Shown one piece after another: positions 32,393 to 42,314 of a stretch of DNA of 64,000 bases. The notes beneath the pieces are model-generated. The model saw nothing but the letters and a program-made list of their open reading frames with translations, was not told where the DNA came from and searched no databases. Position numbers and translations under genes: made by a program. The DNA lies in the NCBI GenBank assembly GCA_016209685.1, contig JACQVQ010000005.1, positions 24,655 to 88,654 of the forward strand, read 5' to 3'. The stretch's first letter is position 1. Every line of letters begins with the position of its first letter. This DNA is from Planctomycetota bacterium (lineage in GTDB: Bacteria > Planctomycetota > Brocadiia > Brocadiales > Bathyanammoxibiaceae).

Positions 32393-33119
32393 GACCTTAG
32401 CCGTAACCCTTAACAGGGTAGACTACAGCAACACTAGCCAGATAGCTACCTTCTACACCCTCAACTATGGAAAGCTACGGGCCCTGGCCAGGGGCTCTAA
32501 GCGTATGGGGAAAAAAGCCCCCGGCTCTATTGACTTGTTCTCTTACAATGAGATAATCTTTCTTAAAAAGGAACCCGGCAACTTGCATCTCCTGACTGAA
32601 TGGGAGCTACTTGAAGACTTCCCGGCCTTCAGAAAAGAGATAGAAAGGTTTTATTCGGCCTGTTACGTGGTGGAGTTATTAAACAAACTTAGCGAAGAAG
32701 GAGAGACCGACAAACCCCTCTTCCATCTCCTCCTGGACACTTTGCACAGTCTATCAAGAGATAACAATAAGGATTTGAGTCTTCTAACCTTTGAACTCCA
32801 ACTACTCAAACACCTGGGTTACCTCCCCGGACTAGGGGAATGTACCCAGTGCGGGAAAAAGTTCCCCAGGAACTCAGGGGCAGTGTTCAGCTCCTTCCAA
32901 AGGGGTCTGGTATGTAAGACTTGCCATGGGCATAGCGAAGGAGGAGACGGCCTTGGTCTCTCCCCACCTGCCCTCTCTACTGCTAATTTCCTGGCTGGCT
33001 GTAAGCTATCTGCCATCAACCGCCTCCACGTACCCCAAAAAGTACGTGAGGAGTTGAAGAGGCTGAGTACGGAGTACCTCTCCCAAATCTGGGGCAGACC
33101 GGTAGGGACATGGAGATGA
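32379..33119 (+). CDS. recO: DNA repair protein RecO
   Basis: Start moved to MEFCKTLAVTLNRVDYSNTSQI (OB fold). Zn finger CTQCGKK...CKTCHG. Confidence 0.88.
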   Translation: MEFCKTLAVTLNRVDYSNTSQIATFYTLNYGKLRALARGSKRMGKKAPGSIDLFSYNEIIFLKKEPGNLHLLTEWELLEDFPAFRKEIERFYSACYVVELLNKLSEEGETDKPLFHLLLDTLHSLSRDNNKDLSLLTFELQLLKHLGYLPGLGECTQCGKKFPRNSGAVFSSFQRGLVCKTCHGHSEGGDGLGLSPPALSTANFLAGCKLSAINRLHVPQKVREELKRLSTEYLSQIWGRPVGTWR

Positions 33120-34069
33120 TTAGAGACTCCTGTAGACTGGCAGGCTCAATTACAAGAATTCTAGCCCTTATTGCAGGAATAATACTCCTCTCCCCTTCAC
33201 CCAGTCTTTACGGCAAGCTGATATGGAATAAGGATACGGGATGGGTAGACCCTATCACCCTAAACCCCCGTATTCCAGACCAGCATTTTAAACTGGCCAT
33301 GTCCATGATGGTGGACCAACAGTACGAGAGTGCCGTAAAGGAATTCAAGGCCGTAATGAAGGCGGATAAAGATGGAACCCTGCTGGAACCCTGTTTATAC
33401 AGCATTGCCCAGGCCTACCTTCTGGCAGGCAAGTATATGAGGGCATTTGATGCCTACGAAGACTTCCTGGAGAGGCTTCCGGGGACAAGGCTGTCAGGCG
33501 TAATCTTAGAAAAGGAATACCAGGCAGGGGTGGCCCTCATGGAGTCCAAACCCACGAGTGCGGTGGAAATCTTTGAAAAGGTAATAGAACATAACCCCAA
33601 GGGACCGCTGGCACCCGAGAGTCAGGTGAAACTGGCCGACGCCTATTTTATGGCCATGGAATACGAGTCGGCCGAAGAGGCCTACAGGAAACTGTTAGAG
33701 AATTACCCCAAGAGCGAGTGGGGCCCCTATGCCATGTTCCGTATCCCCCTCAGCAAGCTCACCCTGGAGACCCTGAGGGAAAGGGACCTCGGCAGGCTCT
33801 GGAAGGCAAGAGAGGGTTTTGAGGAGTATCTGGCCAATTATCCAGCAGGGAACTTTGCTGAAGAGGCCAAAAAGAAGATCCACGAGACGGAGGAATCTAT
33901 TGCCCGCAGACAGTACGATATTGCAGAACTCTACCTCAGGAAGAAACACCCCCAGGCAGCCATGGTCCACTTTGAAGGCGTAGTAAACCATTTCCCCAAT
34001 ACCTCCTGGGCCGAAAAGTCCAGAGAACAGATAGAATTCTTGAAAAAGATTAACGCAACCAGAAAATGA
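33110..34069 (+). CDS. bamD: Outer membrane protein assembly factor BamD-like TPR protein
   Basis: 319 aa. TPR repeats. YPKSEWGPYAMFRI and NHFPNTSWAEKSRE are typical of BamD/YfiO. Confidence 0.8.
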   Translation: MEMIRDSCRLAGSITRILALIAGIILLSPSPSLYGKLIWNKDTGWVDPITLNPRIPDQHFKLAMSMMVDQQYESAVKEFKAVMKADKDGTLLEPCLYSIAQAYLLAGKYMRAFDAYEDFLERLPGTRLSGVILEKEYQAGVALMESKPTSAVEIFEKVIEHNPKGPLAPESQVKLADAYFMAMEYESAEEAYRKLLENYPKSEWGPYAMFRIPLSKLTLETLRERDLGRLWKAREGFEEYLANYPAGNFAEEAKKKIHETEESIARRQYDIAELYLRKKHPQAAMVHFEGVVNHFPNTSWAEKSREQIEFLKKINATRK

Positions 34070-34554
34070 GACTACTATGGCTAGGGCTGTTCACGGTGAG
34101 CCTTCTACTGGTGGCCTGCGGGTACACCTCCAGGTCCCAATTGCGGCAAAACGTGAACACCATTTATGTGCCCATATTTGATAATCTTACCTACCGGCGG
34201 GGGCTGGAGTTTGACCTAACCAATGCCCTTAAGAATGAGATACTCTTCAGGACCCGCTTAAAGATAGTAGATAAGGACCACGCAGACTCTATCCTCTACG
34301 GCACGATAACTGACGTAAAGAAACTCATCCTCTTAGAGGACACCAGGGCCAACATAGCAGAGGCGGCAATGACCATTATTATAGATTTCTCCTGGGTAGA
34401 CCTCCGTACCGGCAGGACCATAGTAGATAAGAAAAACATTACCCAGCAGGCCGAGTTTATAGTAAAGAAGAAAGAAGATGAAGGAACTGCCGAGAGGGAG
34501 GCCTTTGTAGACCTGGCAGAGAAGGTTATAAACCTCATGGAAGAGAATTGGTAG
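34066..34554 (+). CDS. lptE: LPS-assembly lipoprotein LptE-like
   Basis: Lipobox LLLVACGY, then IYVPIFDNLTYRRGLEFDLTNALKNEI. Confidence 0.75.
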   Translation: MRLLWLGLFTVSLLLVACGYTSRSQLRQNVNTIYVPIFDNLTYRRGLEFDLTNALKNEILFRTRLKIVDKDHADSILYGTITDVKKLILLEDTRANIAEAAMTIIIDFSWVDLRTGRTIVDKKNITQQAEFIVKKKEDEGTAEREAFVDLAEKVINLMEENW

Positions 34555-34567
34555 AACCTTGAGAAGT

Positions 34568-34597
34568 GGACAACAGACAGTAGACAATAGACAGACC
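34568..34597 (+). repeat. Single-arm heptad array (GACAACA GACAGTA GACAATA GACAGAC)
   Basis: Four tandem 7-mers. No complementary arm was found nearby. Confidence 0.8.
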
Positions 34598-34609
34598 ACC
34601 CACTATCCT

Positions 34610-35464
34610 ATGACTACCATTCACGGGACAAGGATGCGGCGTATTGCAAACCCACTGCCAAAATCAGGAGGGAAGACCCTGGTAATGGGTATCCTGAACG
34701 TAACCCCTGATTCCTTCTACGATGGGGGGCGTTATCTGAAGGTTAAAGACGCCGTGAGAAGGGGGCTCAAGATGATAGACGAAGGGGCAGGACTGGTGGA
34801 CATAGGAGGGGTCTCTACCCGCCCAGGCTCGGAGACTATCCCTCTGGAAGAAGAACTAAAGAGGGTAATCCCCGTAGTAAAGGAGCTAGCCTCCCTGACA
34901 GAAATACCCCTCTCCGTAGACACCTACCGGGCCAGTGTAGCAGAAAAGGCCCTGGAGGCTGGGGCCGCCATGGTTAATGACATTAGTGGCCTGAGCGATA
35001 AAGACATGACACGGGTGGCAGCCTCCCACGGGGCCACCCTGGTTATAATGCACATAAGGGGAAAACCCCACCGCTACCCTAAAAACCCCGTCTACCACAA
35101 CATTATAGCGGAAGTTAGTTCCTTCTTAGAAAGAAGGGTTGAAATGGCACTAAAAATGGGGGTAAAATCATCTAACATTATCATTGACCCGGGGCTAGGC
35201 TTCGGTAAGACTGCAAGCCAGTCTCTGGAACTCTTGAGAAGGCTGGGAGAGCTAAGGGTCTTAGGGCAACCCATAATGGTGGGTCCTTCCAGGAAAAGTT
35301 TTATAGGAAAAATATTGGGGGGGGATGCTGGAGACAGACTCCCCGGTACGCTGGCCGTCATTGCCCTGGCTATACTCCAGGGTGCCAGTATAATAAGGGT
35401 CCACGACGTTAAGGAGGCAGTGCAGGTGGCCTCCCTGTGCAGTGCCTTCAAAGGCCTGTCCTGA
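34610..35464 (+). CDS. folP: Dihydropteroate synthase
   Basis: LVMGILNVTPDSFYDGG and DIGGVSTRPG motifs. The start is set at MTTIHG (34610); 34634 is an alternative. The ORF-track start lies in the heptad array. Confidence 0.92.
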   Translation: MTTIHGTRMRRIANPLPKSGGKTLVMGILNVTPDSFYDGGRYLKVKDAVRRGLKMIDEGAGLVDIGGVSTRPGSETIPLEEELKRVIPVVKELASLTEIPLSVDTYRASVAEKALEAGAAMVNDISGLSDKDMTRVAASHGATLVIMHIRGKPHRYPKNPVYHNIIAEVSSFLERRVEMALKMGVKSSNIIIDPGLGFGKTASQSLELLRRLGELRVLGQPIMVGPSRKSFIGKILGGDAGDRLPGTLAVIALAILQGASIIRVHDVKEAVQVASLCSAFKGLS

Positions 35465-35476
35465 GCAAAGCCTTTT

Positions 35477-35533
35477 TCCGCCTCAGGCGGAGAAGTGGAA
35501 GGGAAAGGGCCTGTAGTGAGCGGAGCGAATCTA
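35477..35533. repeat. tccgcctcaggcgga palindrome plus TGTAGTGAGCGGAGCGAATCTA (22-mer copy 3, 1 mismatch) abutting the cdaA ATG
   Basis: 35477-35491 and 35512-35533. The 22-mer ends at the base before ATG 35534. Confidence 0.9.
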
Positions 35534-36343
35534 ATGGAAAGGATTATAGGAGAGTTAAATTTTTGGGGCCTCCTGCGGGCCTCTATAGAGATTTTCATCA
35601 TATTCCTGATGCTATATTTTGTCCTTGGCTTTATGCAAGGCACTAGAGGAGTGGGCATCATAAGGGGACTGGTCTTCTCACTGGTCATTGCCACCGTAGC
35701 CCTCCTTTTCATCATAAGGAAATTCCAACTCTACACAGTGGACTGGCTACTAACCGAGTTCCTGCCCTGGGTCACCATCCCCTTCATCATCCTCTTCCAA
35801 CCAGAACTCAGGCGGGCGCTGGTAAGGCTGGGGCAAAACCCCTTACTCGGGGCCTTCTTCAGGACAGAAACCCCTGCAATAGAGGAAGTGGTAAAGGCGG
35901 CCGCCGCCCTATCCAAAAACCGTCTGGGCGGAATAATCGCCATAGAGAGGAAGGTCGGGTTAGATAACTTCATTGAGGGGGGAAACCGCATCAACGCCGA
36001 CCTCTCCAGCGACCTTATAAACACCATCTTCTGGCCCGGTTCCCCCATGCACGATGGGGCAGTAATTGTACAGGGACAGAAGCTGGCCGCCGCCGGATGC
36101 CTCCTGCCCCTCAGCGATAGCCCTGACGTAGACAAGGCACTGGGCACCCGACACAGGGCCGGTCTCGGCCTCACGGAAGAGACGGACGCCATCTCCATCA
36201 TAGTCTCGGAACGTACGGGCAACGTCTCCCTGGCCGTAAGGGGACAGCTTACCAGCGGCTACGACGCCCAGGGGCTGAGGAAGGCTCTGGAGCAACTACT
36301 AGGCCCCACAGACCACGACAATAAGGAGACCAGTCTTGATTAG
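35534..36343 (+). CDS. cdaA: Diadenylate cyclase CdaA (DisA_N, membrane-anchored)
   Basis: Three N-terminal TM helices. DGAVIV and GTRHRAGLGLTEETDA motifs. The start at MERIIGE has no clear SD. Confidence 0.9.
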   Translation: MERIIGELNFWGLLRASIEIFIIFLMLYFVLGFMQGTRGVGIIRGLVFSLVIATVALLFIIRKFQLYTVDWLLTEFLPWVTIPFIILFQPELRRALVRLGQNPLLGAFFRTETPAIEEVVKAAAALSKNRLGGIIAIERKVGLDNFIEGGNRINADLSSDLINTIFWPGSPMHDGAVIVQGQKLAAAGCLLPLSDSPDVDKALGTRHRAGLGLTEETDAISIIVSERTGNVSLAVRGQLTSGYDAQGLRKALEQLLGPTDHDNKETSLD

Positions 36344-37328
36344 AGAGGCCCTCCTCGGCAACTGGGGGGCCAAACTCATGGCCCTCTCTATGGCCTTGGC
36401 CCTGTGGTCCTATGCCACCGGTAAGTACACCGGAGAGCTTACCTGCGAAATCCCACTGCGGATAATCCACCCCACAGACTATACCCTGCTCCAACAATCC
36501 GCCAGCGAGATAAAGGTCAAACTCACAGGACCCAAACAGGGCATTGACTACGTCTCCGAACTCCTCAGGACCAAAGAACTGGTAGCCAGATGCGAGATTA
36601 CCGGCGAAGGCCGCCCGGCCATAGACCTCCTGGAAGAAGTGGTAACGTTGGACAAAAAGAATTTTAACTTCCCCCCGGAGATAAAACTGGAATCACTGAA
36701 TCCGGATAAGGTAAGTATAACCCTGGGGAAGCTGGAGGAAAAGACCCTCCCGGTCAGTCTCCAAAAAAAGGGTGAACCAGCCGCAGGATACGTCCTGACA
36801 GGGGAGTTCTTCTATCCCTCCCAGGTCCAGGTAACAGGCCCCACCAGCCTACTCAAGGAGGCAAAGGGCATCTCTACTATTACCATAGACGTATCTAACC
36901 TCACCACCGACCAGAACCGCACCTTCCCCTGGAGGGTGCCACTAGAACAAAGGGTAACATTACGTCGCAATGGCGAGACCGTAGAGGTCCCGGTAAAATG
37001 TGATAAACAAATTAACGTCTGGTTACAGCTCACCGAACAACCCGGCAGCAAGACCTTCCAGAAGGTCAAGATTAAACTGCTCCAACCCCCCGATTCCCCT
37101 CGCAAGATAAAACTGCAGGCGGAAGACATAGATATTAAAGTAAGGGGGCCCAAATTGACCCTCGACAAGCTTGGTCCCCCAGAGGTCTACATAGACGTAA
37201 GCGGGCTGGAACCACCAGGGCCTTACAAACGCCCCCTCAGGTGCATCCTTCCCCCTCAGGTGGAACTAGAAGAGGCACTGCCAGAGGTACACCTTGATTT
37301 CCAGGAACAAGAAGAGGTCAAGAAATGA
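36336..37328 (+). CDS. cdaR: CdaA regulatory protein CdaR (YbbR-domain repeats)
   Basis: 330 aa. N-terminal TM helix and repeated YbbR-like beta domains. Overlaps the cdaA end. Confidence 0.8.
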   Translation: MIREALLGNWGAKLMALSMALALWSYATGKYTGELTCEIPLRIIHPTDYTLLQQSASEIKVKLTGPKQGIDYVSELLRTKELVARCEITGEGRPAIDLLEEVVTLDKKNFNFPPEIKLESLNPDKVSITLGKLEEKTLPVSLQKKGEPAAGYVLTGEFFYPSQVQVTGPTSLLKEAKGISTITIDVSNLTTDQNRTFPWRVPLEQRVTLRRNGETVEVPVKCDKQINVWLQLTEQPGSKTFQKVKIKLLQPPDSPRKIKLQAEDIDIKVRGPKLTLDKLGPPEVYIDVSGLEPPGPYKRPLRCILPPQVELEEALPEVHLDFQEQEEVKK

Positions 37329-38083
37329 CCAAACTCGGCGTGAACGTTGACCACATTGCCACCCTGAGACAGGCAAGGAAGACCTGCGAGCCAGACCCCG
37401 TCACCGCCGCACTCCTGGCAGAGCAAGGCGGCGCCGACGTCATCACCGTCCACCTCAGGGAAGACAGAAGGCACGTCCAGGAAAGAGACCTGAGACTACT
37501 AAAAGAGACCGTCTTTACCAAACTGAACCTGGAAATGTCTACAGCCTCTGATATAGTAGAAATAGCCATCTCTACTAGACCTCACCAGGTAACACTGGTA
37601 CCCGAGAGACGACAGGAGGTCACCACCGAAGGAGGACTAGACGTGGTACTTCAGGAGGAGACTTTGAAAGACCTGATAAAGAGACTTAAGGACAACGGCA
37701 TCCTGGTAAGCCTCTTTATAGACCCCGAAGCCGGCCAGATTCGGAGCTCCAGTGAGGCAGGTGCAGAATTAGTGGAACTCCATACAGGGGCTTACGCCAA
37801 TGCCCCCTCGGAGGGACTCCGCCTTGCTCAATTAGCCAGGCTCCGCCAGGGAGCCCTCCTGGCCAGAGAGGTAGGTCTACGGGTAAACGCCGGCCACGGC
37901 CTCAACTACCACAACGTAGGCCCCATCGTTGAGGAACTGGGCGCAGAGGAACTCCATATCGGCCACAGCATCGTCTCCAGGGCCGTGTTCGTGGGGATAA
38001 AAAGGGCCGTAGAGGAGATGAAGGAACTCATTTACAGGCACGGCCTGCCGGCCGAAAGGACTACCCGGAAACTAGATAAGTAA
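37325..38083 (+). CDS. pdxJ: Pyridoxine 5'-phosphate synthase
   Basis: [18 protein letters not shown] and ELHTGAYA motifs. Confidence 0.95.
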   Translation: MTKLGVNVDHIATLRQARKTCEPDPVTAALLAEQGGADVITVHLREDRRHVQERDLRLLKETVFTKLNLEMSTASDIVEIAISTRPHQVTLVPERRQEVTTEGGLDVVLQEETLKDLIKRLKDNGILVSLFIDPEAGQIRSSSEAGAELVELHTGAYANAPSEGLRLAQLARLRQGALLAREVGLRVNAGHGLNYHNVGPIVEELGAEELHIGHSIVSRAVFVGIKRAVEEMKELIYRHGLPAERTTRKLDK

Positions 38084-38120
38084 TATGGTTACAAGGGTCT
38101 CAATTATATATAGGAGGTAT

Positions 38121-38990
38121 ATGATGCTAGGTGGTTCCGTAGTGGCCTTGGTTACACCCTTCCGGAATGGTGAAGTAGACCTCGGGAAATTAAAAGAACT
38201 GGTTGAATTCCATATAAAGGAGGGCACCAACGCCATCTCTCCCTGTGGCACCACTGGAGAATCTGCCACCCTCACCCACGAGGAGCACGAAAGGGTCATC
38301 TCGGAAGTAGTCCAGCAGGTCAGGGGCCGTATCCCCGTGGTCGCCGGTACAGGCTCTAACAGCACCAGGGAGGCCCTCAGGCTCACCCACTACGCCAAAA
38401 AGGCAGGGGCCAATGCGGCCCTAATCATCACCCCCTACTACAACAAACCTACACAGGAGGGGCTTTATCGCCACTACAAGGCCCTGGCCGAGGGGGTAGA
38501 TATACCCATAGTGGTTTACAACGTGCCTTCCAGGACGGCGGTATCCATCTCTCCAGAAACGGTAGCCAGGCTGGGAGAGTTCAAGAACGTAATCGCCATA
38601 AAAGAGGCCAGCGGAAGCCTTGACCAGGTCAGCGACATCCTCAGGTTGTGCAAGATTACGGTACTCTCAGGGGATGACTCACTTACCCTCCCCATCCTCT
38701 CCCTTGGAGGGAAAGGGGTAGTCTCCGTCGCGGCCAACATAGTCCCCGGGGATACTGCCCGGCTGGTGGATAGTTTCCTGAAGGGAGACACCTCAGAGGC
38801 CGCCAGGCTGCATCACAAACTCTTCCCCCTGTGTAAGGCAATGTTTATTGAGACTAACCCCATCCCAGTGAAGACAGCCATGCGTCTCCTGGGGCGGCTC
38901 AACGGAGAGTTACGGATGCCACTCTGCGAGATGAGTAAAGAAAATGAGGCCAGGCTTGGCAAGGCCCTGAGAGACTACGGACTATTGTAA
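38121..38990 (+). CDS. dapA: 4-hydroxy-tetrahydrodipicolinate synthase
   Basis: ALVTPF, GTTGESATLT, and IKEASG (catalytic Lys). AGGAGG at 38112-38117. ATG 38124 is equally possible. Confidence 0.95.
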   Translation: MMLGGSVVALVTPFRNGEVDLGKLKELVEFHIKEGTNAISPCGTTGESATLTHEEHERVISEVVQQVRGRIPVVAGTGSNSTREALRLTHYAKKAGANAALIITPYYNKPTQEGLYRHYKALAEGVDIPIVVYNVPSRTAVSISPETVARLGEFKNVIAIKEASGSLDQVSDILRLCKITVLSGDDSLTLPILSLGGKGVVSVAANIVPGDTARLVDSFLKGDTSEAARLHHKLFPLCKAMFIETNPIPVKTAMRLLGRLNGELRMPLCEMSKENEARLGKALRDYGLL

Positions 38991-39050
38991 CCACGTCCAC
39001 AATTCTTAACGGATTGCCTGTCCGCCTTAGGTGGAAAGGGAAAACAAGGA

Positions 39051-39617
39051 ATGGACACTAAGAAGATAATCCAGGCAGTACGACTCCTCCTGGAGGGTAT
39101 AGGAGAGGACCCTGACCGACCCGGCCTGAAAGACACCCCCAGAAGGGTGGCCTCCATGTGTGAGGAGATATACTCCGGCATCGGAAAGGATGCCAAACAA
39201 GAGATAAAGGTACTGAAATCGGAGGACCACGATGAGATTGTACTATTAAAGGACATCCCCTTCTACTCCGTATGTGAACACCATCTTCTGCCGTTCATCG
39301 GTGTGGCCCACGTGGCCTATATACCCCACGGCGGGAGGGTCACTGGAATCAGTAAACTGGCAAGGGTGGTGGAGAGCCATGCCAAAAGGCCCCAGGTTCA
39401 GGAAAGATTAACCTCCGCAATTGCCGATAGCATTATGGAGGCCCTCCGCCCTAAAGGAGTGCTGGTCATTGTCCAGGCCGAACACCTCTGTATGACGATG
39501 CGGGGGGTAAAGAAACCAGGCAGTAAGGTACAGACCTCGGTGGTAAGGGGCATCTTCAGGAAGAACCCCGCCACTAGAGCTGAGGCCCTGTCTTTGATAC
39601 AATCTACCAGACAGTAG
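39051..39617 (+). CDS. folE: GTP cyclohydrolase I
   Basis: 188 aa. [11 protein letters not shown] and HLCMTMRGV motifs. Confidence 0.96.
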   Translation: MDTKKIIQAVRLLLEGIGEDPDRPGLKDTPRRVASMCEEIYSGIGKDAKQEIKVLKSEDHDEIVLLKDIPFYSVCEHHLLPFIGVAHVAYIPHGGRVTGISKLARVVESHAKRPQVQERLTSAIADSIMEALRPKGVLVIVQAEHLCMTMRGVKKPGSKVQTSVVRGIFRKNPATRAEALSLIQSTRQ

Positions 39618-39699
39618 GGAGTATGCAGTAGGCACTAGGCAGTAGGGAGTAAGCAGAATTCTATTCTTCTGCCTACTGCATACTGCTTACTGCCTACTG
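39612..39699. repeat. Heptad-word inverted repeat (CAGTAGG/CAGTAAG family)
   Basis: cagtagggagtatgcagtaggcactaggcagtagggagtaagcag-aattctattctt-ctgcctactgcatactgcttactgcctactg. Confidence 0.9.
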
Positions 39700-39720
39700 T
39701 TCAGAAGGGAGGAGAAAGAC

Positions 39721-41262
39721 ATGAGAAGACTTTCACTACTTACCGCCTACTGCCTACTGCATATTGTCTACTGCATACTACCTACTACCCTCCATGCAGA
39801 GGGCGTAGAGTTCCACTCCCAGATGGGCTTCTTGAGGCTGTCCCTTACGGACTGCATAGAAATGGCCTTTAAGAACAACCTGGACGTGGAGGTTGCCAGG
39901 CTCAACCCGAGAATAGGAGATAAAGACATATCAATCGCCAGGGCCAGGTTTGACCCGGTATTCAAGAGTACGGGGGAGATACGCAAGGACGAAACCCCTC
40001 TGAATTCTATCTTCATCACTGGCTCTGCCCCGGGAGAGTACACTGAACACAGAAAGCTAATGGACGCCACCTTAACCTCCCTCATCCCTACTGGGGCCAC
40101 CATCAGCATCCAGTACAATAACCTCCGGAATAGGCGAAAGCCTGTGAGTAAGAGCACCGTCCCTATTAACCCCTCCTGGAACACCTTCTTTGAGGCCAAA
40201 CTCACCCAGCCCCTCCTGAAAGGCGGCGGGATATTCTACAACATGAGCCCCATGTACATTGCCAGGAACGATAAGAGGAAATCCATCTACGCCTTCAGGC
40301 GCACCCTCGGCGACGTGGCCAACTCCACCCAGAAGGCCTACTGGAACCTGGTAAAGGCCATTGAAGACCTTAAGGCGGCCCATAAATCACTCCAGAGGGC
40401 GGAGGAATTCCTCCGCCGAAACAAGCTCCAGGTAGAGGCAGGACTACTGGCCCCCATTGAGATAGTGGCCGCAGAGGAAGAAGTATCTGCCCGACGAGAG
40501 GACATTATAGTGGCAGAAAACGCGGTAAGGAATAGAGAGGACAACCTCAAACAACTCATGAACCTCCTCAGCCTGGAGGCCGACCCTGTACTGATGGATA
40601 TTACCATCGCCCCTCTGGACACACCCCAATTCCTCCCCAAGAAGATAAGCCTGGAAAACTCCTTGCAGGTGGCCCAGGAACGCAGGCCAGAGTTGTTTGA
40701 GAACCGCCTTGCACTGGAAAATGCAGGGATTACTGAAAAACAGAAAAAGAACGAACTCCTGCCCAAGCTTGACCTGGAAGGTGGGGTAAACTACAGCGGC
40801 CTTGGCAGTAATTGGCGTGATGCACAGGATTCTACCTGGGCATATCAATTCCAGGGCGAGTACGCCAAACTCACCCTTGAGGTGCCCATCGGCCTCAGGG
40901 CAGAGAGGGCCAATTATAACAAGGCCAAGCTCTCAAGACGTCAGGCAGAATTGGCCCTCAGAAAGACAGAACAAGATATATTAGTCCAGGTAAGGGCCGC
41001 CGTCAGACAGGTTCATACTAACGTAGAACTGGTAGAGGCCACAAAGAAGACCAGAGTACTGGCCGAAAAGAGACTGGAGGCAGAGGAGCGGAAATTCGCC
41101 GTGGGCAGGTCCACCAGCCTGGAGGTACTCAGGGCCCAGGAAGAACTCACCAAGGCAGAGGTCCTTGAAATCAAGGCTATTACAGATTATCAAAGCTCCC
41201 TGGGAGAGCTTGAGGCTTCCAAGGGTACTATACTGGACTTTTTTGGTGTTGTAATTGACTGA
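39721..41262 (+). CDS. tolC: TolC-family outer membrane efflux protein
   Basis: 513 aa. Signal peptide ending LHA|EG. Two OEP repeats with long coiled helices. Confidence 0.88.
   Translation: MRRLSLLTAYCLLHIVYCILPTTLHAEGVEFHSQMGFLRLSLTDCIEMAFKNNLDVEVARLNPRIGDKDISIARARFDPVFKSTGEIRKDETPLNSIFITGSAPGEYTEHRKLMDATLTSLIPTGATISIQYNNLRNRRKPVSKSTVPINPSWNTFFEAKLTQPLLKGGGIFYNMSPMYIARNDKRKSIYAFRRTLGDVANSTQKAYWNLVKAIEDLKAAHKSLQRAEEFLRRNKLQVEAGLLAPIEIVAAEEEVSARREDIIVAENAVRNREDNLKQLMNLLSLEADPVLMDITIAPLDTPQFLPKKISLENSLQVAQERRPELFENRLALENAGITEKQKKNELLPKLDLEGGVNYSGLGSNWRDAQDSTWAYQFQGEYAKLTLEVPIGLRAERANYNKAKLSRRQAELALRKTEQDILVQVRAAVRQVHTNVELVEATKKTRVLAEKRLEAEERKFAVGRSTSLEVLRAQEELTKAEVLEIKAITDYQSSLGELEASKGTILDFFGVVID
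39739..39790 (+). repeat. CCTACTG-family heptad array lying inside the tolC signal-peptide coding region
   Basis: cttaccg cctactg cctactg catattg tctactg catacta cctacta ccc encodes [18 protein letters not shown]. Confidence 0.85.
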
Positions 41263-41376
41263 GGGTTGTGATATATTTCTCGCACAATGGGAATATGTCT
41301 AGAGTCGGTGCAGGGGTTCTTGGTTCAGGGTGGCGTTAAGACACTAACAAGTCCCGTTCTATAGAAAGGAGCCAGC

Positions 41377-41472
41377 ATGACTAAAGCTATGAGGGTTATG
41401 ATACCAATTCTCGCCGCCTTCGGAGCAACAGCAATCGGCATAAACGTCTACTTATACATCTTCGCCAGATAA
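41377..41472 (+). CDS. Mini single-TM peptide, paralog 1 (31 aa)
   Basis: Found by hand. AAAGGAG SD 6 nt upstream. MTKAMRVMIPILAAFGATAIGINVYLYIFAR. Confidence 0.55.
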   Translation: MTKAMRVMIPILAAFGATAIGINVYLYIFAR

Positions 41473-41482
41473 CACTCATAAA

Positions 41483-41605
41483 CTAGGGGGTAGGGAGTAG
41501 GGGGTGGGGAATTAGGTTTTCTACTGACTACTGTCTACTTGCTAAAAGGGAGTAAGGAGTAGATATTGCTTATTGTTTACTCCCTACTGCTTACTGCCTA
41601 CTGTT
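41483..41605. repeat. Composite heptad-word arrays (TAGGGAG and CTACTGC families) between convergent peptide genes
   Basis: ctagggggtagggagtagggggtgggg...ctactgactactgtctactt...gggagtaaggagtag-atattgcttattg-tttactccctactgcttactgcctactg. Confidence 0.85.
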
Positions 41606-41768
41606 ATCTGGACACGTGTCGTGCCTGACCGCTAACCATGTCTAAGCCCGTGGTGTTGGGTTGGACCTGCTTCTTAGAAAAATTCAGATAAATGTTGGCC
41701 CCTATAGCACCCCAGCCCACTACTACCACCGCAATAAGCAGGGCCTTCAATCCCTTATTTGTCTCCAT
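41604..41768 (-). CDS. Mini single-TM protein, paralog 2 (54 aa from the internal ATG, 62 aa from the ORF-track start)
   Basis: METNKGLKALLIAVVVVGWGAIGANIYLNFSKKQ... GGAG motifs lie upstream of ATG 41768. Shares the G-x-x-A-I-G-x-N-(V/I)-Y-L core with paralog 1. Confidence 0.5.
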   Translation of the reverse strand: METNKGLKALLIAVVVVGWGAIGANIYLNFSKKQVQPNTTGLDMVSGQARHVSR

Positions 41769-41790
41769 CTCTCCAACTCCATTCTCCACC

Positions 41791-41863
41791 ATGGACTGAA
41801 AAGACCATAGACAATAGACTATGGACTAAAAAAACCCACAGTCTAAAGTCTATAGTCCATAAC
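41791..41863. repeat. Heptad-word inverted repeat (TAGACTA/TGGACTA family)
   Basis: atggactgaaaagaccatagacaatagactatggact-aaaaaaaccc-acagtctaaagtctatagtccat. Confidence 0.85.
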
Positions 41864-41865
41864 TC

Positions 41866-42018
41866 CCTAGTTGGGCGACCCACCGGCTGAAAGTCCGCCT
41901 CTGGAGGACGCCATGTCTTGGGCGAACTGTGCCCCTACTCCACTTTTGGAGTCCCCGCCCGAGGCGGATTTTCAACATTGACTGTGTCAATGGACCAGCC
42001 ACATCCGCCTGAGGCGGA
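41866..42018. repeat. Cluster of composite repeats (reverse copy of the GTAGGGGCAC...GGCGTCCTCC..AGGCGGACTTTC element, plus ccgcccgaggcgg-attttcaac and tccgcctgaggcgga)
   Basis: String matches to 6149-6234 and 42580-42673. Confidence 0.8.
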
Positions 42019-42063
42019 CTGGACTCCATATCAAAATGGCAGTGACGGTCGTCCTCCACAGGC

Positions 42064-42153
42064 TTAGATAAGAAATAACACAATGTTTACTGCAATAACT
42101 GCCACACCTAGGGTTGCCGCAGCAATTATCAAGGCTCTCAGTCTCTTTGACAT
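42064..42153 (-). CDS. Mini single-TM peptide, paralog 3 (29 aa)
   Basis: Found by hand. GGAGG SD 10 nt upstream. MSKRLRALIIAAATLGVAVIAVNIVLFLI. Confidence 0.5.
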   Translation of the reverse strand: MSKRLRALIIAAATLGVAVIAVNIVLFLI

Positions 42154-42186
42154 CTTCTTTCAACCTCCATTTTGGTTAATGAGCCA

Positions 42187-42214
42187 GTAGGGGCGTATTG
42201 CAATACGCCCCTAC
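42187..42214. repeat. GTAGGGGCGTATTG|CAATACGCCCCTAC perfect palindrome
   Basis: 28 bp. Confidence 0.95.
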
Positions 42215-42286
42215 AACCGCTTAACTGTCCTTTATGGGGCCCCGGTCCGCCTGAGGTATCCACCGCAGGTGGATCACTAATACAAC

Positions 42287-42314
42287 GTAGGGGCACGTTG
42301 CAACGTGCCTCTAC
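42287..42314. repeat. GTAGGGGCACGTTG|CAACGTGCCTCTAC palindrome (1 mismatch)
   Basis: Copy of 17897-17924. Confidence 0.9.

Noticed and set aside
35092-35715. 207-aa ORF on the - strand
   Set aside because: It is antisense to the folP 3' end and the cdaA 5' end, both of which have strong homology support. It also crosses repeat elements.
41850-42083. 77-aa ORF on the - strand
   Set aside because: It is composed of translated CCGCC and GTAGGGGC repeat copies (PPQAD, RLGRG), and it overlaps the better-supported 29-aa peptide gene.
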